Shown: one piece after another, positions 26,501-41,099 of the stretch
Layout: every line of letters starts with the position of its first letter
Numbering within the stretch: the first letter of the stretch is position 1
Source: Lama guanicoe
Lineage: Eukaryota
Direction of reading: 5' to 3'
DNA: 64,000 nucleotides
Assembly: GCA_013239625.1 (NCBI GenBank)
Contig: MU053995.1
Location: 310,001 to 374,000, forward strand
Notes under the pieces: generated by a model
What the model was told of the DNA's origin: nothing
Database searches by the model: none
Seen by the model: only the letters and a program-made list of their open reading frames with translations
Position numbers and translations under genes: made by a program

Positions 26501-29500
26501 GGAAGAAAATGTATTTCAAAAGATCTATTGGGAAATGCAAATTACCAGGATTAACCTGTGAAGAGTTAGGAAATTCAAATAAAAATAAAATAATTAACCT
26601 CTAATGTTAGCATATCAAATACCCTAAAGCCCAAATGGTTTCACAGGAAAATTTTTTCACAAGTTCCAGAAACAGATAATTCTAAAGCTTTATGAATTAT
26701 TCTAGAGCATTTCACAATTCTTTAGGCAAAGTCAATAAATTTCTAAAGCCAAAACTTAGCAAAATAATTTAAACCAATTCCCAAATTCATTACTTACAAC
26801 CTGAGTTCAAGTATTTGCAAATGTGATCATAATCTAAAAGAGAAAAACACACACACACACACCATTTGACAAGGTAAGGTTATTCAAGAAGTCAGGTTTG
26901 GAGCCAATTTAGGAACTGAAAGAGAAAAAACTGTTACTCTCAAAAAATGCTGAAAAGTTGAAATTCAACTTTCATTTTTTACTTAAAGTAAATAAAATAT
27001 TCACTCCAATGGAATAAAAAAATGTTATTAACACAATGAAACTGTGTGTACATGAATATAAATATACAGAATTTCAAAACCAATCCAATATGCTACCAAA
27101 ATGTTTCTGCAACACAAATCAAATCAGTTCATGTAAATAGAGTGAAAATATTACTGTCACTTTAAAGTTAGAACAGCAGATATTAAGCTTAAGGATAAAA
27201 GACTACTTTCTCACAAAAGTTAAAACAAAGACTGAGATGCTCTTTAGCATTATTTTAATACTGGAATTGTTAACCAAAGCAATTAGGTAAGATAAACACA
27301 TGATTATACAGTCAAACTTCTAATTTATATCTGATATATCCAGGAAATCCAAAAGGATCAACAAAAATACTATTATAGTCAATTCAGAAGAGAAGAGTAG
27401 TATAAAATTAACATTAAGATGGTACCTTTTTTATGTAACACTTAATGGAATATCCCTCTGGTAGTATTAACTAAAAACTCTACTAAGATTCTTTAAAAGA
27501 CAAATGAAGAACTGCCTTGTTCTTGAAACACAGTACTTGCATGTCAATTGCCCCTAAATTAACCTCTGCATTCATTTAAAATCCTAGCAAATTACACTCT
27601 TACATATACACATGTTACTCGAACATGTACTAGTGGCAACAAAGCATGTACATGTACATTCTACAATAGTATTCTTTGAAATTGTCAAAACCGATAAAGA
27701 ACCCAAAAGTTAAGCAACATCAAATTAGATAAGGTAATTATAGAATGTTTATAAGTAAATAGTATGCACAATGAGAAAGAATGATCTGCTACATGCAGTT
27801 TCATGATAAATTTTCCAGGCATAATGCTGCTCTGGAAAGCCAGATTGTCAAAAAAAATATATATATATATGTATATATATATACACACACACTATATAAA
27901 TAAATATACATATTCTATATATACATAGTATGATTTAATTCATTTGTAGCTCACAATAAAATCAATGGAAATAAAAGTAAGAATAGTGGTTCTTTCTTGA
28001 AAAAGGAGGAAAAACTGACTGGGATGGGGATATGAGGGAGGCTTCTGGGTCACTAGTACTGCCATTTAACAAAATTATGTTAGTCACATGAGTGCATGTG
28101 TATATTACTGAGTGTTTAAGGTGTTAATATCAAACACCTTAAAACAGTGTTTAATAGCTTGATGTCAATACAATGAACTTCTCAAGATAAAATAATATTG
28201 CATCTTGAAATAAACTGTATCTACATTTTCCCATTGTTAAGTTTAATGTTTTTCAAGAGTGTTCACTGTCCCCAGTAGATATAAGTCATTAATAAGATAT
28301 TTTAAATATTCTTCTAGATCTTTGAAAAGTATAGTAATTTTTATAATTTGTCTTCCAAGTTGATTCAGTTTGTTATAGCTATGCTATTAGTCAAGTTCAA
28401 AACAAGAGACATGAACATTGCTTACATTTGTCTCAATATTTCAGTATGCAACAGTGTAATTAGTCAAGAACATTTTGATCTTTGCTGTTGTCATTCACAT
28501 TTTGGTGAATATTCTATCAAAAATACTTAAAGAAGGTCATATGACCTTCACATTACTTTGAACATGTAAAAATTTTATAGGTATTGGTAAGATGCTCTCC
28601 ACAAAAAGCTCTTAAAAATTTATATACTTTTAACCAGTAATGTAAAAATGGGATGAACACTGGAAATGAACATTTATAACCCATTCTTTCTGTTAATATT
28701 TTGAGTTTTATACATCTCAATTGAATTTTATATGGTATTTTTAAGATCTATACATATGTGTGGTATTCTCTTCCTTATCACCATATATTTAAATTCTCTT
28801 TTTTAATTCCATTGGGATCAACTAGGATTGCACTATTATATACTGATCAATCTGGGGAGAACTGACATCTTTAAATATTAACTATTTCAATGTGTTATTT
28901 TAATTTATGAATCCTTAAATTTAATATAATACCGACTTGTGAAAAAGAACTTAGATTATTTTGTTAAAAGTACTGAATGTTCATCTACCACTAGGTACTT
29001 TCACAAGGTCAAAAATAAAAATTCAGTGTTAGCACTTGTATACATGCTTATTTTAATCTGTTTTCACCCTTAAAAAAAGCTGTCAATTGTAGATAATCTG
29101 TTGTTTGTCAAAACTTGGATAAGGTTTTTTGCATAAATTATCTCACTGAATCTTTACCCAAACTAATGGTAAATCTTACCAAGCCCATTTGCCAATTAAG
29201 GAAATCAAAACTTTGGAAGTTAAGAAATACGCATGCTCAAGAGCAAAGAAGGACTTTAAATAATCAATTTCTCATATATATGTTAACTATTTTACCTTTC
29301 TAATCCTTTTAATACTATTATTCTCTAATTTAATTTTTTTCACAGTACTGTCTGAAGCCTATTTAAAATTTTTGAACATTCATTATCTGAGTCCCAGCAG
29401 TTTTAACAGAAACATTGGGGGGAAAAAACAAACAAACAAACAAAAAAAATAGTTGCAGAGGAAAGCAAAAGTCTTACAAATGACTATTTAATGTGCCAGC

Positions 29501-31078
29501 AGTCTCTAAAGTGTTACATGCACACATATCAGGGAATGTACAAAACAAAAATCGGGACTGTGGTTTACATACATTTTAAAATCTTGTCCATTAAAATAAC
29601 AACATGCATATGTTTAAAAATATATAATAATTTAATATAGGTGAATAAGAAAAACTGGAGTTCACCTACTAATGAACTTCAACATTTCTCCCATATAAAC
29701 TGTAAATCCTGCCTTCCACTCAAAACTTATCTTTGTTAGTAAGAATGATTGATAATCTTTAAACATAATGACAATACAAAGTAAACACAAAGGATTATAT
29801 TTTACAGTGAAAATGTAAAGCATAAAAAAAGTATAAAAAGTTGGCAAAAATGAAAAAGAAATACTTAGAGTCATGCACACTGGCTTAGAAAGAAAAAAAA
29901 TCCAAAAGAATGAGAGTGAGATTTCTTCAAAAGAGAGTATGTGACTATTAAGCCTAACAAGTGTCTTAGAAAATTGACAACATCCTTAAACACATCTCCT
30001 ATGATCCTATGATCATGCTGAGAAATTCCAATATAAAGTGGAAATGTCATGTTGTGCTAGCATACAATTTTGTGAGAAAATAATGCCAAAATACAATTCA
30101 CCACTTGATTTATTTTGTTCATCTGGAAAATTAGTGCACTGTTAAAATTACAACTAAATCTAGTTTTTTTTTTAAAGACAAATATGATTTCATAATTTTA
30201 AAATTTTATTCACAGAGATAAAATATCAGGCTATTTTATCACTACCTGTTATAAAATTTTAATTCTAAATTTCCACAGTCTAGCCTCCTTCCATACAAAA
30301 ATCCTTTAAAAAATGAATGAATATGTAGCTATTTTCAGATTAAAAAAAACTCACTGTTAAACTTTTAGCTTCTATTTTTCTAGTTTTCCTCTAATACTAT
30401 AAATTTAATTTAAATCCCGTTCATCTTAAGTAAAGTCCTGACCTCTTTTTTTCCCCCCCTTACCCACCCCTCACACAATTTTATTATCTGGTACAGTGAA
30501 TTTTAAAATTCCTTTTTTTCCCCACTCTGGCCAGCAAACCATATCTTCAAATTGAAGTTTAAAAAGAAGATATAGATGCTAATTAACTTTGCCTGAAATC
30601 AGGTTAAGCATGTGTAACATTTACAGAAAATAACTGTAAGAACAGAAATAGAATCATTAATTTAGAAGCCAGTGTTTAAAAAGATCTTGAGAAAACAAGG
30701 GCACATTATAGCAATGTAGATATATTTATATATTTATATAAAGAGATAGTAAATATTCTAAGGATTCAAAGAGAATTAATGTTACAAAACTTATTAATAA
30801 AATTCAGCCCATTAATGTACTAAAAGAGAAAAAAAAATCAACAGATACAAGTCAAAGCATCCACCAAATTCAATTCCTCCTTACGACAAAAATTTTACAC
30901 TATAAAAGAACTTAAAAGAGGATCTATCCAAGGGAACACTATAGAAACAACATTTAAGACAAAACACTGGAAGAACAGCCTTAAAGCACCTAGACCATTA
31001 AAAAAATGAATCAACATCACTATTTACAGAAAATACAATTACAGACAAGATGAAAAGGGTCACTAATTAGTATTACTA

Positions 31079-31701
31079 CTGGATTTCACAGAGTCTAAAG
31101 ATGCTCCCAATTATTAGATGAACCATTACTTTACATACAACTAAGAAAAACCACTGCTCCACTTTTCTCCCCCTGACAACAATAGTGTTGATGATGAAGA
31201 TCTCTTAATTATCATCTGTGTAACCTTCTTTCAAGTAATGACACATATTTCACAAACTTTGATGTTGCCATTTTATTTTTTGACCAAGGTCTTTTTTTCA
31301 TTTTTGCTAAAGTAAGTTAAGGGGCTTCTGTTCAAAATTGGAAATTTTGATGAAATTTTAATTACAACACACTCAATATATAACCAAGTATCCTATGACT
31401 AAACTGTGTATGTCAAACCAGGTTCCGATTGCTTTTTAACTTCCTTCAACTCTTACAAAATCAATTTATTCTACTTTCAATAGTATTGTTTGACAAGTAT
31501 TAACTGTGAGCCTAGTATCCAATAATGGCTGTTACTCATTTGAAGTCATACAAAATGAACAGTATTGTAGGCTGTGATAAATACAGCATGCCTACTGTCT
31601 GAACAGCAAAGATTACAGACCCTGTTAACTGTAAAATACACATATTTCAGGGATATTAACATATAAGGGGGAAGTACATCTCCAAATCTATAAAATACAT
31701 G
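31079..31701. mobile_element. TcMar-Tc2 (Kanga/MER104-like) non-autonomous DNA transposon
   Basis: TA-flanked degenerate TIRs ctggatttcacagagtctaaagatgc ... gtacatctccaaatctataaaatacatg. Confidence 0.6.
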
Positions 31702-32929
31702 TATATAAAAATTATGCAAGGTTATATAATCAATAAATGCAAGTCAGTGGAGTCTGTTATAACTTGTAACTGAAGTTACCAAGTTTTTAAAAATTGCTGT
31801 TCACTATGGCAACAAAAATTACAAAATATAACACAATAGACATAACAAAGGTTCTTCAATATTTCTATGAAAAACAATATATAGTATGATATAGATACAG
31901 ATTCTGAAGCAAGTTGGTAAATTTAAAATCTTGCCTCTGCTAAGTTTGAAACTCAGGAGATTATGGATTTCAATTACCTAGGTTTCACACATTTACATCG
32001 AAATTACAATACAAAATAATATGTACCATTGCAAGAAGTGAATATATGGATTTAAAAGGTTATTATATCAGTAAAGTCTTAAGAACGGTACCAATACACA
32101 GTGCCGGATGACAATCGCAAAGATGACAATGATAACAGAAAAAAAAATCACATGAGAGGACATAAGACTTCAGAAAAAAAAAAAAAAAAAAAGACATACT
32201 GTGATCATTTAAAGAAGATACCTGATGTGTTTGTATACTCTAAAATTTGATGCAAATACAAAATTTAATAATTTTCCAAATGAAATACAGAGTCTGATAT
32301 AAGCCAAAGAAGAAAAAACTAAAAAATTCTACAGATGAGACTATACATTAAGATTTTATTATAAAATTAAGAGTTTTTAAAAACAGGGTATTCAGACAGG
32401 CAACAAACTAACAGAACCAAAACAGAGAAAGTATAAATAAGCTTGAACATATAGAAATTCAATACATCTCATGAACTGAATTACAAATCTGTGAGAGAAA
32501 AGGCTATGTTAGTCAATAAACCTACACATAGAGAAGATTAAAAACTGTATATCCTGCATCAAAAAATACAGAAAAATTAATTCCAGATAGATTAATAATC
32601 TACATATAAAAGCAAACTTTAAAAACTGTATCTATAAAAAAAACAGAATGAGTTTGTCGTAGGGGGAGAATTTCTTCAAGATACAAAAAACACAAGTCAT
32701 ACAAGAAGATTTAAAAAAACAATTACCTCGCATTAAGTCCTATTCAACAAAACATGCCATAAAGAAAGCTAAAACACAAGTCACAGACTGAGAAAAGGTG
32801 TTTGCAGTATAAGAAATCAGCTAACCACTTTTACAAAGAACATAAAAATAACACCTAAAAATCAGTAAGAAAAGCTCAGGAACACCGTTCCCCGCCTCCA
32901 AAAAAAAAAGGGTCAGTGGAACATGCGGA

Positions 32930-35900
32930 AAATGGTACAGCAGGAAGACCCTGAGCCCCACTCATGGGCAGACCAAAATTACAACTATCTACTCTGCAAG
33001 TATTGATGAGAGAAAACAGAAGACTAGCAAAAAAGATCCTCCATAACTAAAGATATAAAGAAGAAACCGTATGAGGCAGACAGAAGAGGTGGAGATGCAA
33101 TAGTCAAGATCTCTGCATACCTCTGGCTGACCCACAAATGGGAGGATAATCTCAGCTGTAGAGATTCTCCAAAAGGGCAACCACAGTAGGCTCCACTGCC
33201 AGAGTCAGTAAGCCCTCAGTATGTGTGGCTTTGAAGGCCAGCAGGGCTTACTTCTAGGAGTCCCAAAGGGCCATGAGAAATAGAAACTCCATTCTTAAAA
33301 AGCATGTACAGATTCTCACATGCTCCAGGACCCACCTGCTATTCTTTGAGAGCTTTCTTGGAGTAGCAGGAGGCAAATGGAACTCAATCTGGAGACAAAG
33401 TCACTAGTTGCAGCCATTTTGGGGAGCTTGTTCTACAACATGGACACTGGTGCTTACAAGTGTCATTCTGGAATCTTCCCTCTAGCTTAGCACTGGGACC
33501 TGTCCTGCCCTCCAGCCTGTAAGCACTAGTGTTGATACATCTCAGGCCAAGCAACTAGTAGTGATGAGACACAGCCCCACCTACCAGGAAGCTAGCTGCC
33601 TTACAGCCCCTGAACCAACAGCTGCTTTGGAACCCAATCAGTAGGATCATGCACTGACAATATCTGGAGACCCTCAGCTTGGGAAACCCAAATACCTGAA
33701 ACATCCATGGGGACCAGGCCCTACCCAGCAGCTGGCCAACACCAGGACCCCAGGACTCAGCTCAGCCTGCTAATGAGCCAGCACTATCCCTGACACTCAC
33801 CAATGCTCCATAGCCAGATACGCTATAAACCAAACCCACCTACCAGAAGCCAAGAGCTTCTGACCCACTCAGCCCACAAAGAAGTACCCCTGAAGCATAG
33901 CTTTAGTGATCAGAGGGGAGTATGCTGATAGGAGCATTGACTGTTTCCATCAAAAGGCCATTCTCCAAGGTTGGAAAATGTAAGCAACATACCAGATACA
34001 TAGAAATAAATACAGCAAATTAGGCAAAATGGGGTAACAGAGAAAAATATTCCAAATGAGGAAACAAGGTAAAACCCCAGAGGAAGTGGAGAAGAGCAAT
34101 CTACCCAGTAAAGAGTTCAGGGCAGTGATTGTAAAGATGATGAAAGAACTTGGGATGAGACTGGATGTACACAGTGAGAAGTTAAAAGTTTTCAACAAAG
34201 AGTTAGAAAATATCAAAAAAAACCAAAGAGAGATGAAGACTACAATAATTGAAATAAAAATTACTTAGAAGGAATCAACAGTAGTTTATATGATATAGAT
34301 GAACAGATTAGTCAGCTGAAAGAGTAGTGGAAATTACTGCCACTAAACAGAAAAAAAAAAGTGAGTAAGAACAGTTTAAGATAAAATTTTGTGACAACTT
34401 CAAGCATAACATTTGCATTACTGGGGTCCTAGGAGAAAAGATAAAGGGAGCAGAGAACATATCTGAGGACATAATAGCCAGAAACTTCCCTTAACCTGGG
34501 AAACAAATCAGTCACCCAAGTCAAAAAAGCACAGACAGTCCTATACAGGATTAAACAAAATAGGAACACACTAAGGCATGCTGCAATTAAAATGAAAAAA
34601 GTTAAAATATTAAAAGCAGAAAGGTAAAAGCAACAAGTTATTAAATGGAAACTGTCCATGCTCAGATGGCTAATTAACTATGACCAAAGAGGCATGAATA
34701 TGTAATGGGGAAAACACAGCCTCTTTAACAAGTACATTGGGTAAACTGGATAGATGCATGCATGCAACATATCAGACTGGACTACTCTCTCATACCATGC
34801 ACAAAACTAAGCTCAAAATGGATTAAACACTTAAACCATAAAAATTCTAGAAGAAAACACAGACAGTAAGCTCTATGAAATCAATATAGGTAGTATTTTT
34901 TTAGATACGTCTCCTCTTGCAAGGGAAACAAAAATAAAAATAAACAAATGTTGGACTACATGAAACTAAAAGCTTTTGCACAGTGAAGGAAACTCTCACT
35001 AAAAGGAAAAGCCCACCAACTGAATGTGGTAAGATATTTACAAAGGATATATCCAATAAGGGATTAACATACAAAATATAAAAAGGAGTTACATAACTTA
35101 AGAAAAAATCCCCAAACTACCCAATTAAAAAATGGAAGAGAATCTGAAAAGATATCTTTCCAAAGACAAATGGTCAGTAGACACAAGTAAAGATGCTCAA
35201 TATCACTAATCACCAGTGAAATGCAAATCAAAACCTTAATTAATTATTACCTCATACTTGTCAGAATGCCCATCATCAAAAAGTCTACAAATAACAAACG
35301 CTGGAAAGGATGTGGAGAAAAGACAACTCTTATATGCTGTTGGTGGGAATGTAAATTGGTGCAGCCACTATGGAAAACAAGCAAAGATTCTTCAAAAGAA
35401 ATTAAAAACAAAACTAACATATGATCCAGCAATTCCATATATAGCTGTTTTATACACAGAAAACCAAAACACTAAAGATACATGTTCATTGCCACATTAT
35501 TTACAAAAACCAAGATATGGAAGCAACCTTAGAGACCAGTATTAGATAAATGGATAATGCAGATGTAGTAAACATATACACATGTACATATATATACACA
35601 TATATGTGATAGAAAGATATACATACGATAGAATGTTATGCAGTCATAAAAAAGAATGAAGTCTTGCCATTTGTAACAACATGGATGGACCTGGAGGATA
35701 TTATGCTAAAGCGAAGTAAATCAGAGAAAAACAAATACTGTATGGTTTCACTTACATGTGGAATTTTTAAAAAACAAAATAAATTAAAAATTGTAAAACA
35801 GAAAGAATTACAGATATAGACAATAAACAAGTGGTTGTCAGGTGGGAGGGAAGTAGGGGGAGGAAAGAAATAGGTCAAGGCAATCAAGAGGTACAAACAT

Positions 35901-36480
35901 CTGCAAAATAAATGAGTTACAGGTATAAAATGTACAATTTGAGGAATACAGTCAGCAACTATGTAATACCTTTAAACAATGGTGTTATCATAACCAGATT
36001 TATACTGGTGATCATATTGAAATATACTGATTTACCAAATCACTAAGCTGTATAACAGGATCTAACAGTGTTAATAGGTTAATTATAACAAACTAACAAA
36101 CTCACAGAAAAAGAGATCAGATTTGTGGTTACCAGAGGTGGGAGACAGGGGGTAAGGGGGAAACTAGAAGAAGGCAAACAATATAAACTTCCAGTTATAA
36201 GAGAAGTAATTCCTAGAGATGTAATGTACAACATAATGAATATAATTAACACTGTATGTTATATATGAAAGGTTAAGAGCGTGAATCTTAAGAGTTCTCA
36301 TCACAAAGAAAAATGCATTTTTTTCATTTATTTAATTTTGTATCTAAATGAGTTGACAGATGTTAACTAAAACTATTGTGGTCCTCATTTCATGATGTAA
36401 GTCAAGTCATTATACTGTATACTTTAAACTTATACAGTGCTGTATATCAATTATATCTCAATAAAACTGGAGAAAAAAAG
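32930..36480 (+). mobile_element. L1 with 5'UTR, ORF1, large internal deletion, ORF2 3' end and 3'UTR
   Basis: ORF 34056..34268 is ORF1-like, ORF 35221..35424 is ORF2 C-terminal-like, AATAAA plus A tail at ~36460-36490. Confidence 0.85.
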
Positions 36481-36924
36481 AAAAGAAAAATGGACTAAGA
36501 ATACGAACGAGCAATTAATAGCCAAAAATATAGGGAAAAAAGGCTCCACTTCACCACTATTCCAATCAATGCAAAGTTAAAGTGACAATTAGAAAACATT
36601 TACTACCTAAAAGGCTGAAAGAGGTTAAACTGTTAAATCTTTGGCAATGATACTAAGCAACAGCCTCACAAACAACTTAGTGTCAACTAAATAAAACCAC
36701 CATGGGAAGAACTTGGCAATTCCTAGTAAAGTTCACAATGCATAGATACTCCAGTATACCAAATCCATTAACATCATAAATCTGAAAGAAGAAACATGTG
36801 CAAAGATGTTCAGAGCAGCAATACTTTGCAATTTCAAACACTGAAAATCTAACTGTAGCCAATAATGGATAAGTAACACAAAGTCCACTTTACTAAAATA
36901 CAAGGTTTATGAGTAAAGTAGTTT

Positions 36925-37550
36925 AGTAATTTCTCCAACTTTTCCATCTCCAGACTTCATTATAATTTTAAAATTTGAGAATCTCAAAGAGCTTTTGTTT
37001 ATAAAGTTATCCTATTATTTAAAAAATTATCTGGACACAATAAGCATGCTATACTTCAAAGAGTCTAGTTCTGGACCCTAACCCACAGGAAGAAACACAT
37101 TATAGACTGGCACTATAAACATCTAATTGTAAACATACAGATATAGCTAACATACATGTGTTTGTGTGCATCTGTTTGTAAAAATAAAATTGAATATAAT
37201 TAAAAATAAGTAAATATCGTATCTAAGTAATTTAAAGATTATTTCTATTCATTTGAAACTAGTCAGTAACTCATTAATTACATTTGTATTAGAATATTTT
37301 CCAAGTTAAAATTCAAATTTTTTACAAATCTCTCTAATGTATAGCTTAAAAGACTGTATGTATTCCCATATCTGCTTCTTCGTTTAATTTTTTTGAAACA
37401 CCACGTTATATTAGCTTCTGGAAAGCTCCACTATATACAACAGTTACAAGAGAATGAGAGTAAAGAAAATACATAGCTTTTTCTCTCACAAACACCCTGA
37501 AAAGGTATTGGAGATCCCCAGAGGTTCTAGACCACATTTTAGGAACCAAA
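36925..37550. mobile_element. hAT-Charlie-type DNA transposon remnant
   Basis: Ends resemble hAT-Charlie termini (..caaagagcttttgtttat.. / ..ccctgaaaagg..gaccacattttaggaacca). Confidence 0.5.
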
Positions 37551-39514
37551 TATAACAAGGATGTGTCAACTAAGTGGTTGAATGAAAAAATATATTAAAT
37601 AATACACTTAAAGTGGTATCTTTCCTGTCAAGGTAAAAAACAGACTGTTTTGGGTACACACAGATATGGATACCATTTACTTCTGGGGAAAAAAGAGAAT
37701 TGAGATTGAATAATGAAAATTCTTAACTGGGCATTTAAAATGATTTCATTTCTTTAAGTAAAAAAATACAAAGTATACATAAAAGAAAATTTTATAATTT
37801 AATAACTTGTATCTAGGTGGTACCTAGTTTTCAGTAATTTTGAAGTATCTTATGATTTAAATCTTCAGCATGTTAATGTTAATTATGTTATTACTTTAAA
37901 AAAAATCTTCAAGACTGCATAGATTATTTGTGTCCTTAATTAAAATTTCTCTTTCAATGAACCAGGTTCTAAACTAACTCTTATTTCATATTGTGCAGTA
38001 TTAAAAGACCTATATTTTATAAAGTGTTTTTTAAATACTTGTATTATTGAAGTACACTCAATTTAAAATATTTTGAAAACTGCTGGTGTAAAGCATAGTG
38101 ATTCATTTATATAAAGTTTTGTTTTGAAAATAATGTGGTAAGAATAATATGCTGCCAACACTCCTATCAGGTGAAGTTTGGAGCGGAGAGAGAGAGACAG
38201 AAATGGGAGATTATTCCTGAGCTCTCGTGTTTGAGTTGTTGCCTTTTTAACATGGATGTAGTGCCTTAACATTAACACTTATGTCAAAAACATATATTTT
38301 GCTACTTATTTTCAGTTGTAAAGTTATTCAACTCCATATAATCTCTGTATTCAATCATTCAAATGACTTTTTTTGTAAATAATGTCCATGTGCCAGATCA
38401 TTGTGCTAGGGGAATAAAGCAGAATAAGAAACTATCTCTACAATTAGGACCTCAAAGAAAAAGAAAAAATATAAACTAAAGTTAGAATATAATAGATTTA
38501 ATGCTAAATTAAAGATGTCTATAGTGTTTTACATGACAAAGAAGAACAAGCCCGGGGAAATAATAAAGCAACAGAGAAAGAAATGAAGAAGCTGGAGTTG
38601 TTTCAGGGAGTCTACAGAAAAACAGATATTTCAATACATTTTATTGGGCACCTAATATTTGTCCTACACATTTTATTTCAGCCACATTGAGTGTGGAGTG
38701 TTAAGAAGGCACCTGAGTTGTTCAGTAGGCAACAATATATTCTAGATGAGAAACTTAAAAGACAAGCAGATGGACATAATAAGGGTCCATAAATCCAAAT
38801 GAGAAGATCAGACAAAAAAGGACAGAAGACTGACCTCAACGGAGAGTCCACACAGCTGACAATGAAGGCACAAAACACTTCTGTATGACATATCAATTAA
38901 CATGAGGTGGGGTGGTTTCCTGATTTGGGAAATAATGAATTTCGAAATAACTGGGGTATACAGAAAGGACTGGTGATTTTTATAAGATGAGCACACCTGA
39001 GAAAATTTCAAGAACAAATTAGCCAGTGTTAGGGAAAACTTAGAAAGAGCAGCTAGGCTTGGAAGGAGAGCATTGCAGCAAAACAACATGGAAGAAAGCC
39101 TAGGGAGAAACAGGGGACAACAATACACTGAAGAAAACATTTATATCAGATGATCTTTGTCAGTTAAGCAGAAGAACAGAAGACTTCAAAAAGACTTTAA
39201 AAGACTAGAACTGAGAAGAAAATTATACAAAAAAAAAAGGTTTGTAATTCTAATTGCCAATGTGTACAAATACAAGTAACACAAAGACTTAATTAGTGAG
39301 AATACAACAGAGTGAGGTAAAGTATTTACAAAAAGCACTGTATGGTTTTTAAAAAAGGAAAGTTGGATCTATTTGAAAAATACACATAAATTTAATAATT
39401 CTCTAATAAAATACTCTACCTATCATCAAGATCATCAAAGTCTATGCCTTCAGGCAAAAAGAAAAATTATATTCAGCCATTTCTAATGGAAATGTTTTAA
39501 AGTTATACACTTAC

Positions 39515-39649
39515 CTGCTTCTTAATTACACACTTGGGTCTAATATAATCTTAATCTTGAAAATCCATTGCTGCTGTACTGGAACATCTGCTGCTGCTGT
39601 ACTGTGCAGCATACAATTCTATCTTCTTAGAGTTCTTTGTCTTTACCAG
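39515..39649 (-). other. ZFY: Probable non-coding 5'UTR exon of ZFY (135 nt)
   Basis: Acceptor gttttatattttgacag|CTG and consensus donor CAG|GTAAGT. Non-repetitive sequence ~2.3 kb downstream of exon 1. ZFX-family genes have several 5'UTR exons. Confidence 0.7.
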
Positions 39650-41099
39650 CTGTCAAAATATAAAACAACTACTTCTACAATTTATGTTTATCCTTACCAC
39701 CTCAACAACTAGGCTGCCTTAGTAACTTCCTTCTCATCTGTCTCCCACAATTCAGTTTATAACGCTTTTTCAAACATAGCCTTTCACAATAAACATAAAG
39801 ACTATTCCTTATCCAGCACCACTGTTGCAGTCTAGCAAACACGTTTCCTGAAACCTGCATCTAGGACATTCATATATCAATCAAAATATGAGCTTTAAAG
39901 CTGGGTTTAGAGAAGAGTAGTAATAAGATTATCTTCATGAGGGAGTTACTTTCAACAGGAGTAAGTTTTGCATAAGACCATCTGAAGGTCATTCCCTGTG
40001 TTTTTAGGAATTACTCTTCCAACGTACTTTTCAAACCAACTTCCTAAATTACCCTTGTAATTTTCGACGACTGTTAAGGAAAATTTTCTTCACTGCAGGA
40101 AGTTTAACACTTCAGAGCAAAAAGTTATTCGCTGTGAGAACTCAGGATAGAAAAAAGGAGCGACTGTCAAGACAGATGAGTCATTAAAAAACCAGCAATA
40201 CTCTGGATAATTTTTCTAGTAACAAAAACACCAATAACATAACTATTCGTTTCCACTGTTCATCAACTTTGAAACTTTTCCACTGGTTGGAGCCAGAAGT
40301 GCCAAATGAATATGAAGTACAGCTTAGGTGTTCCATTACTCTGCTACTTTCACACTCTACCTTTTCTAGCTAGAATTTCCATTACTACCCTACCTCCACC
40401 ATCCATTGTAGCCAAACTGAAGAAGCTTTACCCTTACAATATGGTCTTTCTTTACTCTACCTAATGAAGTCCGACACATTTTCAGTTAGTTTTCTAAAAA
40501 GGGGCCTATTTATCAGGAACCGTTTCCTAATGTTCCAAATGGAGAACTCGTCTGCCTGTGAAACCCTAATAGCGAACTTCCTACAGCCATCATCCCAATG
40601 TAGAAAAGTTTTCAATCTTTCTTAGGGCAGTGCAAATCTCAGAGGCTTCAGAGTTAATCAGCAAAGTTGAAAAGTACGCAAATAATAGAAGGAATGAAAA
40701 TGTACCTTAAGACTTTTCAAGTAAGACAAAATCTAAACAGCGCTGCAAGAATTCATAAATAATGTATCACAATTTTTCGTACTTCAATAAGAAAACTGCA
40801 TTTCCATCCCTTAACATACAATACAAAATGATCGCTAATCACGTATATGCACCTTTACAAGAAAAATTTTCCAGAAAAAAAAAAAGCTTCAAATTTTTAT
40901 TCCTCAGCTCTTGAGCAATCTTAAATCGTTAGCATAAAAGACTAGTGAGAACTTCTCCCTATGAAATTAAGTTTCTACCACTGAGATACTCAGGGCAGCA
41001 ACTGTTGGAAAACAATCGTATGAAAGGCAACGTAAGAGTCATGTATGAATGACCCCGTTTAAGTAAAAATAAAATGCCCTAGGGTCCCATTTGCCATCA

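Noticed and set aside
38100..38280. Pyrimidine tract plus AG on the minus strand (~38165) as another UTR exon
   Set aside because: No clear matching donor found; boundaries cannot be supported
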